This document shows positions 10,065 to 19,559 of a stretch of 64,000 nt of DNA, piece by piece (the stretch's first letter is position 1; the number at the start of each line of letters is the position of its first letter). The notes under the pieces were generated by a model. That model was not told the DNA's origin. It did no database searches and saw only the letters and a list, made by a program, of their open reading frames with translations. Source of the stretch: an uncultured Gammaproteobacteria bacterium (GTDB lineage Bacteria; Patescibacteriota; Patescibacteriia; UBA2196; GWA2-42-15); contig CAZNIO010000007.1 of the NCBI GenBank assembly GCA_964573135.1, positions 117-64,116 on the forward strand, given 5' to 3'. Both the position numbers and the translations under genes were made by a program.

Positions 10065-10370
10065 TTATTTTACAAATTCTACTTTTAAATCATATCCAAA
10101 AACGCTGGCTATTTTGCGTAAAGTCCCAGTGGTAAAATTTTGACGGCCTGCTTCCATGCGAGCCACATTGCTTTGTTTTGTGCCAATTTTATGAGCTAAT
10201 TCAGATTGCGACATTCTGTTTTCTTTTCTTAATTCTAATATTTTGTAAGCAATTTCAAGCTGTTTGCCATACTCGTCATAATATTTTTTTATTTTAGGAT
10301 CCTTTAATTGTTCTTCAAGGTAATCTTGGAAATTGAGTATTTTTTTATCTGGTTGTTTTTTTCTAGCCAT
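10065..10370 (-). CDS. HTH XRE-family antitoxin (HigA-like).
   Basis: The HTH motif MSQSELAHKIGTKQSNVARMEAGRQN. It overlaps the upstream toxin gene by 8 bp. Confidence 0.75.
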   Translation of the reverse strand: MARKKQPDKKILNFQDYLEEQLKDPKIKKYYDEYGKQLEIAYKILELRKENRMSQSELAHKIGTKQSNVARMEAGRQNFTTGTLRKIASVFGYDLKVEFVK

Positions 10371-10746
10371 ATATTTGTGCGTTGTTTAATGTGTCTATAT
10401 AATTTTCAGTGGCTTTCTTTATTTCTGCAAGGGGAGTTTTATTAGTTTTCTTTAGAAAAGCATGCAGTAGAATAACATTTTTTCCTACAAGAGTAAAATA
10501 GAATATACTATGATGGTTGCGACTAAAATCAATTCTTAATTCCCTAATTTTACCCTTAATATGCTTAGCATAAGGTTCATCTAAATACCCTTTATGTATT
10601 TGCAAAAACTCGATATATTTTAATACTTTTGCTTTATTTTTACTATCAAGCTTCTCAATATATTCTAAAACAGGAATCTTCTTTGTAACGGAACTCTGAT
10701 AAAATTTTACTTTATAATTTGAGCTCCCGTTATTATTATATATCAT
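10363..10746 (-). CDS. RelE/HigB-like toxin of the Gp49 (DUF891) family.
   Basis: The FYFTLVGKNVILLHAFLKKTNKTPLAEIKKA C-terminal signature shared with the 19242-19559 ORF. The toxin-first, XRE-antitoxin-second order is typical of HigBA. Confidence 0.65.
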   Translation of the reverse strand: MIYNNNGSSNYKVKFYQSSVTKKIPVLEYIEKLDSKNKAKVLKYIEFLQIHKGYLDEPYAKHIKGKIRELRIDFSRNHHSIFYFTLVGKNVILLHAFLKKTNKTPLAEIKKATENYIDTLNNAQIYG

Positions 10747-10773
10747 ATATGATATTATGTCAAATAGTACATT

Positions 10774-13599
10774 TTATTTACATTCACCCCAATTTTTTCC
10801 AGTACCAATATCAGCCACAATGGGTACTTTGAACTTATGTACTGTTTCCATCTCGGTTTGTATTTCCCCGGATATTTTATTCACCAGGTCATCTCTTATT
10901 TCAAACACCAATTCATCATGTACTTGCATCACCATTCTCACTTCATCTTTTTTATATTTTTCCTCTATTAATTCATCTACAGTAATCATTGCCATTTTAA
11001 TCAAGTCAGCTGAAGAACCCTGCATCGGGTGATTGATGGCCATTCTCTCAGCTTGGGCTCGCATACCTTGATGTTCCGCATTTATTTCCGGCAAAAATCT
11101 TTTCCTGCCAAATAAGGTTTCAACATATCCCATATCGTGTGCTAAGACGATAGTCTCTTCTAAATATTCTTTTAATTCATGATATACTTCAAAATATTTT
11201 TCAATAAAAGCCAAGGCCTCGTCATACGTAGACCCTGTTCTTTGAGCCAATCCTCTTGCTCCTAAGCCATACAGAATTCCAAAGTTTACTTCCTTGGCTT
11301 TTCTTCGCATTTGAGGAGTTACTTTATCCATTTTTACATCAAATACCTCAGCCGCAGTTCTTGTATGAAAATCCTCACCCCTATTAAATGATTCAGTCAT
11401 TACCCTGTCTCCTGACATTACAGCTGCAATACGAAGTTCAATTTGCGAATAATCAATAGCAACCATTCTATATCCTTTTGGAGCAACAAAAGCTTGCCTT
11501 ACTTTCCTGCCCAATTCTGTGCGAATTGGGATATTTTGTAAATTAGGTTCAGATGATGATAACCTGCCAGTGGCAGTTACTGTCTGATTGTATGATGTGT
11601 GTATTCTTTTGTCTTTTGGATTCACGATTTCAGGCAAGGCGTCAGTATATGTGCTTTTGAGTTTTGACAATTCCCTGTGATTTTCAATCAAATCAATGAT
11701 TGGATGCATTCCTTTGAGTTTTTCAAGTTCTGAGGCCGCTGTTGATATACCTGTTTTAGTTCGTGCAAGTCCAGCAGTGGAAATATTCATTTTATCAAAT
11801 AAAATTTCCTTTAACTGGAGGGGGGAGCGCATATTAAATTCTACTCCTGCCATTTTGTATACACTCTTCTCTATTTTTTCTATTTCATTGCCAAGCTCAA
11901 CGCTCATTTTTTTAAGAAATTTTTCATCAATTAGTACTCCGTTTTTTTCAATATGAGCCAGTACAGAGATTAGCGGATTTTCTATCTTTTCCAAAAGTGG
12001 TCTTAACTTATTTTTTTCAAGCCTTGGACTTAAAGTTTTATACAACTGCCAGGTATAGTCAGCATCTTCTGCTCCATAGTCTGCCACTCTTTTTATATCC
12101 ACACTTTTCAAAGTAGTCTGCGCCTTACCTTTGCCTATTAGTGCCTCAATGGGTACCATGTCATGTCTAAACTCTGTAAATACCAGGGTATCCAGTTTAT
12201 GTCCCCTAGAGCCTGGATTTAGGAGATAAGAAGCGATCATTGTATCAAATTCAATTCCTTCAAGTCTAATATCTGCCTGCCAAAGGACTTCCAAATCAAA
12301 TTTTATATTATGTCCAATTTTTTTAATATTTTTATCTGCCAATATTCTTATTAACCTGCTATCTATTTTCTTATTTACCGGTAGATAGTAGGCCTTCCCA
12401 CTTTCCCACGCAAAGCTCATACCAATCAGAGTTGATTGCCATGGATCAAGTCCGTCAGTTTCAGTGTCCACTGCAAATTCTTTTTGTTTACTTAATTTTT
12501 CAATAAAATCATCCAGTTTTTTTTGTGAGTCTAATAGTATATACCCTTTTCTGATCTCGAAATCTTTTTCCACCTCATCTTTTTTATCAAACAACGAAAA
12601 CTGACCCTTGGTGATTGTCTTTTCTGCTTGAGGGATGCGCGCAATTAAAGATTTAAAATTCCAATCTTGGAAAAGATCGATCAGCTTATCAGTATCAAAG
12701 GCTTTTATTTTACAATCCTCTAAATCAAAATCCATTTCTACATCTTTGACAATAGTCGCTAATTCTTGTGATAAATAGGCTTTGTCTTTGTTGTCTTTCA
12801 ATTTTTCAAAAGCACCTTTTTTAATATTTTTTTCATCCAATATTTTTTTTAGCTCTTTTTCTTCTAGCTTTTTAGTACTTTCAACAAATTTATATACCTC
12901 ATCCAAAGATTCAAATTCTTTTATCAAATGTGTGGCTGTTTTTTCACCCACTCCAGGTACTCCAGGGATATTATCAGACGGATCTCCGCGCAACGCCTTA
13001 TAGTCCACTACTTGAGTAGCCTTAAACCCATATTTTTCTACCACACCTTTCTCATCATAAATTATAGTATCAGTTATGCCTTTTCTGAGTGTGTAAACTT
13101 TTGTGTTTTTATCAACCAGTTGCAGAGCATCCATATCTCCCGTCACTATCAAGCTATTAATATCTTTTACCCTGTGCACCAGTGTTCCAATCAGGTCATC
13201 AGCCTCATAGCCTTTTTTCTCAAATATTTTCATATTAAAGGCTCGGATTAATTCCCTTATAAATCCCATTTGATCATATAGCTCTTGTGGCCCCTTTTTT
13301 CTTTGGGCTTTGTATTCTTTATATATCTCATTACGAAAAGTCTTTCTGGCAACATCGAAACACACTGCAATATAGTCGGGTTTAATATCTTTTAATACTT
13401 TGAGTAAAATATTAGCAAAACCATAGACTGCATTAACAAGAACCCCATCTTTATTCTGAAGAGGTGGTAGAGCGTGAAATGCTCGATGGATAATAGCATT
13501 CGCGTCAATCACGGCGAATTTTTGTTTTTTCATATGTTTATTTTCTAAAAATATTTGATATGTCATCTTGTAAAATTGATATTTCTTGTATTGCCTCAC
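10774..13599 (-). CDS. polA: DNA polymerase I (5'-3' exonuclease + 3'-5' exonuclease + polymerase domains). The likely true start is Met at 13533 (MKKQKFAVID), which removes the overlap with the next gene.
   Basis: The motifs DYSQIELRIAAVMSGD, QVHDELVFE, RRKAKEVNFGILYG; the N-terminal FEN-like domain VIDANAIIHRAFHAL. Confidence 0.95.
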   Translation of the reverse strand: MRQYKKYQFYKMTYQIFLENKHMKKQKFAVIDANAIIHRAFHALPPLQNKDGVLVNAVYGFANILLKVLKDIKPDYIAVCFDVARKTFRNEIYKEYKAQRKKGPQELYDQMGFIRELIRAFNMKIFEKKGYEADDLIGTLVHRVKDINSLIVTGDMDALQLVDKNTKVYTLRKGITDTIIYDEKGVVEKYGFKATQVVDYKALRGDPSDNIPGVPGVGEKTATHLIKEFESLDEVYKFVESTKKLEEKELKKILDEKNIKKGAFEKLKDNKDKAYLSQELATIVKDVEMDFDLEDCKIKAFDTDKLIDLFQDWNFKSLIARIPQAEKTITKGQFSLFDKKDEVEKDFEIRKGYILLDSQKKLDDFIEKLSKQKEFAVDTETDGLDPWQSTLIGMSFAWESGKAYYLPVNKKIDSRLIRILADKNIKKIGHNIKFDLEVLWQADIRLEGIEFDTMIASYLLNPGSRGHKLDTLVFTEFRHDMVPIEALIGKGKAQTTLKSVDIKRVADYGAEDADYTWQLYKTLSPRLEKNKLRPLLEKIENPLISVLAHIEKNGVLIDEKFLKKMSVELGNEIEKIEKSVYKMAGVEFNMRSPLQLKEILFDKMNISTAGLARTKTGISTAASELEKLKGMHPIIDLIENHRELSKLKSTYTDALPEIVNPKDKRIHTSYNQTVTATGRLSSSEPNLQNIPIRTELGRKVRQAFVAPKGYRMVAIDYSQIELRIAAVMSGDRVMTESFNRGEDFHTRTAAEVFDVKMDKVTPQMRRKAKEVNFGILYGLGARGLAQRTGSTYDEALAFIEKYFEVYHELKEYLEETIVLAHDMGYVETLFGRKRFLPEINAEHQGMRAQAERMAINHPMQGSSADLIKMAMITVDELIEEKYKKDEVRMVMQVHDELVFEIRDDLVNKISGEIQTEMETVHKFKVPIVADIGTGKNWGECK

Positions 13600-13921
13600 T
13601 TGGATGGCATGATCTCATTAGAGCTGAATGGCACATGGGCGTAGGTGGTGCCATTCTTGGCGGTGCAAAATCCATATCAGCCCCTATAATACAGTTGGCC
13701 TGTGTTTTGGTGCACACCAAAGCAGGGCAAAAATCAAATTGATTACATTCTTTATTTTCCTTTTTACATTCCGCATCTCGTTTAAAAAATTCTTCACTTG
13801 GCACAGGATAATTGAGCGAATAACAATATTTCTCTAAATCAGGACGGCCAGTCACAAAGAAAAGTGACACAAGTATTATCAAAGCCAATAACATATATAT
13901 GATTATATTCTTTTTCCGCAT
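13538..13921 (-). CDS. Small secreted Cys-rich protein (signal peptide plus 12 Cys).
   Basis: MRKKNIIIYMLLALIILVSLFFV signal-like N-terminus; no recognised family. Confidence 0.5.
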   Translation of the reverse strand: MRKKNIIIYMLLALIILVSLFFVTGRPDLEKYCYSLNYPVPSEEFFKRDAECKKENKECNQFDFCPALVCTKTQANCIIGADMDFAPPRMAPPTPMCHSALMRSCHPSEAIQEISILQDDISNIFRK

Positions 13922-13931
13922 AAAGTTTTTG

Positions 13932-14774
13932 TTAAAAATAATATAACATTATTATACTCCCAACGATTAAACCCACGCCAGCGAATTTTTGCCACATTCT
14001 CTCTTTTTCTTTCAGAAAAATTATACCAATTAAAACACCAAAAACCAAGGATATTTGCACAGCCATAACGACTCTTGAAATTTCACCCGTTTTTAAAGCC
14101 AAAAACAAAAACATTTCGCATAGGCCGAAAAGCCCGCCAGCTACAAGTAACCCCCATTTATTTATTTTAATTTCTTTGATAATTTTCTTTGTATTGAATT
14201 TAGTTACAGCGTAGATTATGACACCGATCAACATTAACTCAAGCGACGCTAGGGTTATTTCGTTAAAGTAGTTAATCGCAGATTTTGCGAACATAAACGC
14301 CACAAATGCAAAAAAAGTACTTAGGATAGTTAAGTTAATTCCTTTCGACCAATACATTTTTTTTCGTTCATACATGGCTATAGTAACCCCAGAAATTATT
14401 AGTATAATGGCTAAAATTTTAATAAATAAAATAGGTTCACTAAAAAATAGCCAACCCCCAAAGAGAGTAAAAATATGCCTAACCTGCATCGCTATCTTAT
14501 ATATTGATACATCAATCAGCTTTAGTGCTCTAAAAGCATACCAGTCAGACAAAAGGGCAAATATAGTTACGCCCAAAAATAACAGCCAAGCCACGCCAAT
14601 TTTTGGAAGGTGGAAATCAAAAATTATAAGAGGCAAAAGCACAGCTCCCGCGATAAAATCATGCACAGCCGTAAAAGCCAGCGCATCACCCTGTTTTTTT
14701 AGAAATATTCTAGCCACCACCCGAGAAAGGGCAAAAAATAGGCCGGCCAAAAGTGCAAAAAATAACCAATTCAT
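13932..14774 (-). CDS. EamA/DMT-family permease, paralog 2.
   Basis: 10 predicted TM helices with the EamA repeat pattern. Confidence 0.7.
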   Translation of the reverse strand: MNWLFFALLAGLFFALSRVVARIFLKKQGDALAFTAVHDFIAGAVLLPLIIFDFHLPKIGVAWLLFLGVTIFALLSDWYAFRALKLIDVSIYKIAMQVRHIFTLFGGWLFFSEPILFIKILAIILIISGVTIAMYERKKMYWSKGINLTILSTFFAFVAFMFAKSAINYFNEITLASLELMLIGVIIYAVTKFNTKKIIKEIKINKWGLLVAGGLFGLCEMFLFLALKTGEISRVVMAVQISLVFGVLIGIIFLKEKERMWQKFAGVGLIVGSIIMLYYF

Positions 14775-14858
14775 ATTTAGATTTTACCATTATTTATATA
14801 AAAAACAAATCACCTCGATAGATATCGAGGTGATTGTATATAGTTTTTATTACCCTTT

Positions 14859-15344
14859 TTATTTCTCCACTTCTTCCGTTTCAGCTTCTTCTTTCGCTTC
14901 TTCGGCTTTAACTTCTTTTTCTTGTGTCCCTTCCATCTTAGGCTCATCTTCTTTTGTGCCAAGACAGCATTTTTTGCATTTACAAACACCTGCCATTCCA
15001 GCAAAAACGAGGATTATCACAAAACCAAGCCACATTTGCCATTGGCCATAAAAACCGGCATAATCTCCTTTTATAAAAAGAGGCACAGTTATAGCCAACT
15101 CAAGTATCGTTGCCACCACCAGCATGCCCAAACCGACCAGTAGTCCTTTGCCAAAATTACGATCACCCTCAGCTGATTTGAAATACCATTTAGTCAAAAA
15201 CAATGCCACAACAGCATTAGCAACTAGCCCAACTACCCACTCCCAGGTTTCACTTATGCCTGGTATGAATATAACGATAGACCACACTGCGAAAATAATA
15301 ACCCAGAATAGTAGACCGAATAAAATAAGTTTTTTCCAGTTCAT
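14859..15344 (-). CDS. Membrane protein (4 TM) with a Cys cluster (CKCKKCC) and an acidic K/E-rich C-terminal tail.
   Basis: Hydrophobic segments followed by the AGVCKCKKCCLGTKEDE...EEAKEEAETEEVEK tail. Confidence 0.5.
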   Translation of the reverse strand: MNWKKLILFGLLFWVIIFAVWSIVIFIPGISETWEWVVGLVANAVVALFLTKWYFKSAEGDRNFGKGLLVGLGMLVVATILELAITVPLFIKGDYAGFYGQWQMWLGFVIILVFAGMAGVCKCKKCCLGTKEDEPKMEGTQEKEVKAEEAKEEAETEEVEK

Positions 15345-15454
15345 ATTTTTTTCAAATTTAATTTTCTAAAAGACCTTTAACGTTAATAATTATAGCATTT
15401 TAAGTGATACTTGAAAACTATCTCATTTTAAGCTAGTATTTGAATATGTATGCT

Positions 15455-15528
15455 GGTCACGTAGCCAAGTGGTCTAAGGCGGCAGTTTGCAAAACTGTTA
15501 TTCGCGGGTTCGACTCCCGCCGTGACCT
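15455..15528 (+). tRNA. tRNA-Cys (anticodon GCA).
   Basis: Cloverleaf: acceptor GGTCACG/CGTGACC, anticodon stem GCAGT/ACTGT with loop TTGCAAA, T-arm GCGGG-TTCGACT-CCCGC. No encoded CCA. Confidence 0.85.
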
Positions 15529-15532
15529 TTTC

Positions 15533-15563
15533 AAAACCCCAGAATATCAAATTCTGGGGTTTT
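15533..15563 (+). terminator. Rho-independent terminator after the tRNA (CCCCAGAAT-ATCAA-ATTCTGGGG plus a T-run).
   Basis: aaaaccccagaatatcaaattctggggtttt. Confidence 0.65.
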
Positions 15564-15656
15564 GAAATATTGACAAATTATTGATTTTTAGTAAGATATA
15601 AATGTAATTTAGAAATTTCAAAACAAAATAAATTCATTTTAATAAGGAGAATAGCA

Positions 15657-16013
15657 GTGAAAAAGACAATTTTAATTATTGATAGTGATTTACGGGTTCG
15701 TAACAACCTCAAGAGTTTATTAACCAGTCAGTATAAAATATTAACTGCCTGGGATGATAAGGTCGCCCTAGGCCTGCTTAGAGCAACTGGGCCTGATTTA
15801 GTAATAACGGAACGGACCATACCGGGGAGAAAACAAGGCGACATAGTAAGGAAAATACTCGTTACGCGACCTGTTCCCGTCATCGTCATTGATGCCCATG
15901 CTACCATTGAGCATGCTGTTGCCATGATGCAACTTGGCGCAAAAAACTACATTAAAAAGCCGTTTTTATCCAACGTCATAATGTTGGCAATAAAAAAAGC
16001 TCTCACAGAATAA
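15657..16013 (+). CDS. Stand-alone CheY-like receiver domain protein (GTG start, GGAG SD 8 nt upstream) with Glu at the phospho-acceptor position.
   Basis: Receiver pattern IIDSD...PDLVITERTIPG...KKPF. Aligning to CheY (DD, D57 in ISDWNMP, KPF) puts E in place of D57. Confidence 0.7.
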   Translation: MKKTILIIDSDLRVRNNLKSLLTSQYKILTAWDDKVALGLLRATGPDLVITERTIPGRKQGDIVRKILVTRPVPVIVIDAHATIEHAVAMMQLGAKNYIKKPFLSNVIMLAIKKALTE

Positions 16014-16066
16014 GAAGGACGGTAAAGACTCAGCAAAAAGCCTTCCATTAACCATATGGCAGGCTT

Positions 16067-16579
16067 TTAAACTTCATTAACTTTTTTCAAAAATTCATGA
16101 TCCCTTTCTCGTATAAAGATACTAAAATAATCAGTTGGCTTGTCTTTTTCAAAGAGCTTGAGAGCCTCTTCAAGTTTAACCCACTTATGTGAGAAATTCC
16201 AGTTGTTTTCCTCTTTATCAAATTTAGGTTTTTTAATTTCTCCTTTGACTTCTGCCAGCCAACAATATGAAATTTGTAGTTGCTTTATCTTATTCCTATA
16301 TCCTCTAATCTCCCCAATCTCTTTCAAAATTTCTATTTTACAACCAGCTTCTTCCTCTACTTCTCGCATTAAAGCTTCTTTCAAACCTTCTCCATCTTCT
16401 ACTCCTCCACCCGGCAATTTATGATGCTTATGCTTGCCATCATACACTAGTGCGATTTTTCTTTTATTGTCAAAAATTACAGCGCGAGCCGCTTCTCTTA
16501 ACTCATAAAATTTTTTATCCTCTTTGCCTTGGTTACTAATTCCTAAATCTTTTTCAGTTATTTCTCTAATTAGTTCCAT
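16067..16579 (-). CDS. NUDIX hydrolase.
   Basis: Nudix box GGGVEDGEGLKEALMREVEEEAGC (Gx5Ex7REUxEExGU). Confidence 0.85.
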   Translation of the reverse strand: MELIREITEKDLGISNQGKEDKKFYELREAARAVIFDNKRKIALVYDGKHKHHKLPGGGVEDGEGLKEALMREVEEEAGCKIEILKEIGEIRGYRNKIKQLQISYCWLAEVKGEIKKPKFDKEENNWNFSHKWVKLEEALKLFEKDKPTDYFSIFIRERDHEFLKKVNEV

Positions 16580-16583
16580 AAGT

Positions 16584-17450
16584 TTAGAAATATGATATAA
16601 ATATTATTCCAATTAATATAAATCCAGCAGCCACATACTGCTGTATTCTTAATTTTTCTCCATACATGATCCTGCCTGCCATAATAGCCACCAAAGGACT
16701 GCAGGCAGTAATGGCTGTCACAATGCTCACCTTCGCCACGTTAATACCTAAATTAAAAAATAAAGTCCCGGTAGCTCCTCCGACAGCCACTGCCAGTAGG
16801 TAGTACCACATTTTCTTATCCGGTAATTTAAAATCTAATTTAGACATTTTCAAATGAATACCGCTCCATAATATATTCCCTACTTCAATTAGCAGAGCTG
16901 TTAAGAACGGTCCCAGTACATTTACCGGTATTTTAAATAGGAAAAATACCAATCCCCACAAAAAGCAGGCCAAGCACGCATAAGGTATACCGCTTGTTAA
17001 TCTAAATAATTTTGAACTCTTGAAATCCTTTATATTAATTGAAATTAATACTACTCCTATCAGGATAAGTAACATTGATAATAGCTGTTCTTGGTTTAAG
17101 CTTTCCTTAAAAAAGATAGATGCAAAGAGCACGGTAAAAACAAGAGATGAATTAGCAATGGGGGCTACTGCTCCAACTTTGGCCAGTTTTAATGATTGGT
17201 AAAAAGCGAGCAGCGGCAAATAGCCAATACAAGAAATTGCCAAGGCTATCAATATGTATTTAAAAGAAAATTCAGTTTGGGGTATAAAAAAAAGTAGTAC
17301 TATGGTAAGTATTACCCCAACAATTATTCCCCGCCAAAATATTACTTTCTCTGGACCGAGTTTCCTAATCGGTTTTTGTGATATAGCATTTGATAGCCCA
17401 AAACCAGCCATCGATATCAGGGCAAATATTATACCTAAAGTTGTATTCAT
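16584..17450 (-). CDS. EamA/DMT-family permease, paralog 3.
   Basis: 10 TM helices with the EamA repeat pattern. Confidence 0.7.
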   Translation of the reverse strand: MNTTLGIIFALISMAGFGLSNAISQKPIRKLGPEKVIFWRGIIVGVILTIVLLFFIPQTEFSFKYILIALAISCIGYLPLLAFYQSLKLAKVGAVAPIANSSLVFTVLFASIFFKESLNQEQLLSMLLILIGVVLISINIKDFKSSKLFRLTSGIPYACLACFLWGLVFFLFKIPVNVLGPFLTALLIEVGNILWSGIHLKMSKLDFKLPDKKMWYYLLAVAVGGATGTLFFNLGINVAKVSIVTAITACSPLVAIMAGRIMYGEKLRIQQYVAAGFILIGIIFISYF

Positions 17451-17461
17451 ATCTTATATCT

Positions 17462-18364
17462 TTAAGCCATTGAGCGCAAAGCCGTGATTCTTTCCTCGAT
17501 TGGCGGATGTGTAGAGAAAAGTTTTTTCATACCCTTTTTAGCCTTAGCTCCAAAGGGGTTGGCAATAAAAAGATGGGCAGTTGCACTGGAAGCTTTTTTT
17601 AAGGGTACATCTTGCACTGAAATTTTTTCTAAAGCATTGGCCAATCCTGCTGGATATCTTGTTAATAGAGATCCTGACGCATCAGCTAAAAATTCGCGTT
17701 TGCGCGATATAGCTAATTTAATAATCTCCGAAATTAAAGGGGAGAGGATTAAAAGCACTACCCCTATAATCATTAACACTGTTCCCAACTGTCCGCCAGA
17801 GCTCTTGCTTGATCTTCTGCTGCCGCCAAATATTCTTATTCTTATAAACCAATTGGACAGAATGGCAATAATTCCCACCAGCACTACCACAATCATCATC
17901 AGACGAATATCATAATTTTTAATGTGCGATAGCTCATGAGCGATCACTCCTTCTAGCTCTTCATTTTCTAAATTATCAATTATACCCTGTGTCAAAGCAA
18001 TTGAAGCATGTTTCGGATCTCTGCCAGTAGCAAAAGCATTCATTGAGCTATCTTGGATTATATATACCTTGGGCATTGGTATGCCAGCTGTAATACATAA
18101 ATTCTCCACCATTCTATACACATATTTATTATCATTAGGCTTTAATGGGCCTTTGGCCCCAGTAGAAGCCAGTGCTACTTTGTCGCCTGAAAAATAGCTG
18201 ACGCTGGCCATAAGAAGTGATATCACCACAGCAATTACAATAGGCAAATATCCATATTCAGGATACATCCGCATAAATACCCAGCCCAAAAAAATGATAA
18301 ATATCATAAATATCATCACAAACAATACGGTCTTTCTTTTGTTAGAATCTATTTGGGAATACAT
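17462..18364 (-). CDS. htpX: HtpX-family M48 zinc metalloprotease.
   Basis: HELSHIKNYD (HExxH) plus N-terminal TM helices; typical HtpX length. Confidence 0.85.
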   Translation of the reverse strand: MYSQIDSNKRKTVLFVMIFMIFIIFLGWVFMRMYPEYGYLPIVIAVVISLLMASVSYFSGDKVALASTGAKGPLKPNDNKYVYRMVENLCITAGIPMPKVYIIQDSSMNAFATGRDPKHASIALTQGIIDNLENEELEGVIAHELSHIKNYDIRLMMIVVVLVGIIAILSNWFIRIRIFGGSRRSSKSSGGQLGTVLMIIGVVLLILSPLISEIIKLAISRKREFLADASGSLLTRYPAGLANALEKISVQDVPLKKASSATAHLFIANPFGAKAKKGMKKLFSTHPPIEERITALRSMA

Positions 18365-18367
18365 AGT

Positions 18368-18589
18368 TTATTTTTCCTTTCTAAAATCTTTTTCCCTTAG
18401 TTGAGATTGGCGTAGAATGGATCTGAAAGTACCATGCCTTATGTCTTTTTCATGTATAGGCACAATCACATTCAAGGTTGGATTTCCTATTTTTCTGTAT
18501 TTAGTATGTGAACCAGATTGAGAAACAAAAAAGAAACCCTTGCTTTGAAGAGTTTTTATAACCAACCGAAATGGAATAGGTCTAGGCAT
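18368..18589 (-). CDS. hicA: HicA-family toxin (mRNA interferase).
   Basis: LVIKTLQSKGFFFVSQSGSHTKYR matches the HicA/YcfA fold signature; 8-bp overlap with the upstream hicB-like gene. Confidence 0.75.
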   Translation of the reverse strand: MPRPIPFRLVIKTLQSKGFFFVSQSGSHTKYRKIGNPTLNVIVPIHEKDIRHGTFRSILRQSQLREKDFRKEK

Positions 18590-18803
18590 ATTGAGGCATC
18601 TTTATTGACGCTATGGCTGGATTCTGAACTTCCATCTTTCTGGGCATTGGTACATCTTCAAAATATAGGCTTAAAGCTTCTTCTAAATTATCAAGTGCTT
18701 TTTTTTTGGTTTTTCCAAAACTAGAAACATCCACCTCTAAACATTGAGAAATGTAGTGGCTACCCTCTTTCCATACTACTGATTTTAAGTTAACTTTACG
18801 CAT
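18582..18803 (-). CDS. hicB: HicB-family antitoxin.
   Basis: The YISQCLEVDVSSFGKTKKKALDNLEEALSLYFED pattern of HicB/UPF0150. Confidence 0.65.
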   Translation of the reverse strand: MRKVNLKSVVWKEGSHYISQCLEVDVSSFGKTKKKALDNLEEALSLYFEDVPMPRKMEVQNPAIASIKMPQYA

Positions 18804-18928
18804 ATATTTTAGAGCAATTTATAATTTTATTATACCCCAAAGGGGGAATAAGTCAACAAAATGTACTGCGATCATTATTCAAATATTACCCCAGAAAAAT
18901 ATTTTCCAATCAAAATCTTGTCAGTTAT

Positions 18929-19273
18929 CTATTTTTCGAAAGCCACATGCAATTGCCGGCCAGTGGCTTCGGCAATACGGTATAATGTTTCTAAAGTAAG
19001 ATTTTGACGACCACTTTCCGCCCTTGCCACAAACTCTCGTTTTACGTTCATCTTTTTCGCCAGCATGCCTTGAGTCAGTTCCATTGACTCACGCAGTTTT
19101 CGCAACTCCATTGCCGCTTTCATATATCTTGTTTTTGCCGAAATTTCTTCACGATCTTTGCAAGAATAATTTGACATGATATCTTTATGGCTAATAAGCT
19201 CTCCTTTTTCTAGAGCCTTTTTGATTTTAGCTGGTATTTTTTTAGACATAATAGTGTAATCTTTGTTTAGCAA
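18929..19273 (-). CDS. HTH XRE-family antitoxin (HigA-like), second copy.
   Basis: HTH MELTQGMLAKKMNVKREFVARAESGRQNLTLETL; overlaps the upstream toxin gene. Confidence 0.7.
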   Translation of the reverse strand: MLNKDYTIMSKKIPAKIKKALEKGELISHKDIMSNYSCKDREEISAKTRYMKAAMELRKLRESMELTQGMLAKKMNVKREFVARAESGRQNLTLETLYRIAEATGRQLHVAFEK

Positions 19274-19559
19274 TTTTAATATTTTTTAGTGGAGTTTTCC
19301 GTGTCTTTTTTTGAAAACAATGTAAGATGACTATATAATCTCTTTTAATATAGGCATACAAACCACGATAAGCTCCACCGTGCTGAATTCTCATCTCAAG
19401 CAGATTATGAATTACCTTTTTTGCTTCTGGCTGAGATAGTTGCCCCTCTGTTTCTAGTATTTCAACTAAAGCTAAAAATTCTTTTTGGATATTTTTGTTG
19501 AATTTCCAAATCTCCTTTAAGGCATTTTTATCATAAAATACTTCTTTTTTCATAATCAT
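19242..19559 (-). CDS. RelE/HigB-like toxin (Gp49/DUF891 family), second copy.
   Basis: YIVILHCFQKKTRKTPLKNIKIAKQRL C-terminal signature shared with the ORF at 10363-10746. Confidence 0.65.
   Translation of the reverse strand: MIMKKEVFYDKNALKEIWKFNKNIQKEFLALVEILETEGQLSQPEAKKVIHNLLEMRIQHGGAYRGLYAYIKRDYIVILHCFQKKTRKTPLKNIKIAKQRLHYYV

Noticed and set aside
14810-15004. 64-aa Lys-rich ORF (KKKKLKPKKRKKK).
   Set aside because: It is antisense to the acidic C-terminal tail of the membrane protein at 14859-15344 and is simply the reverse complement of a GAA/GAG-rich run.
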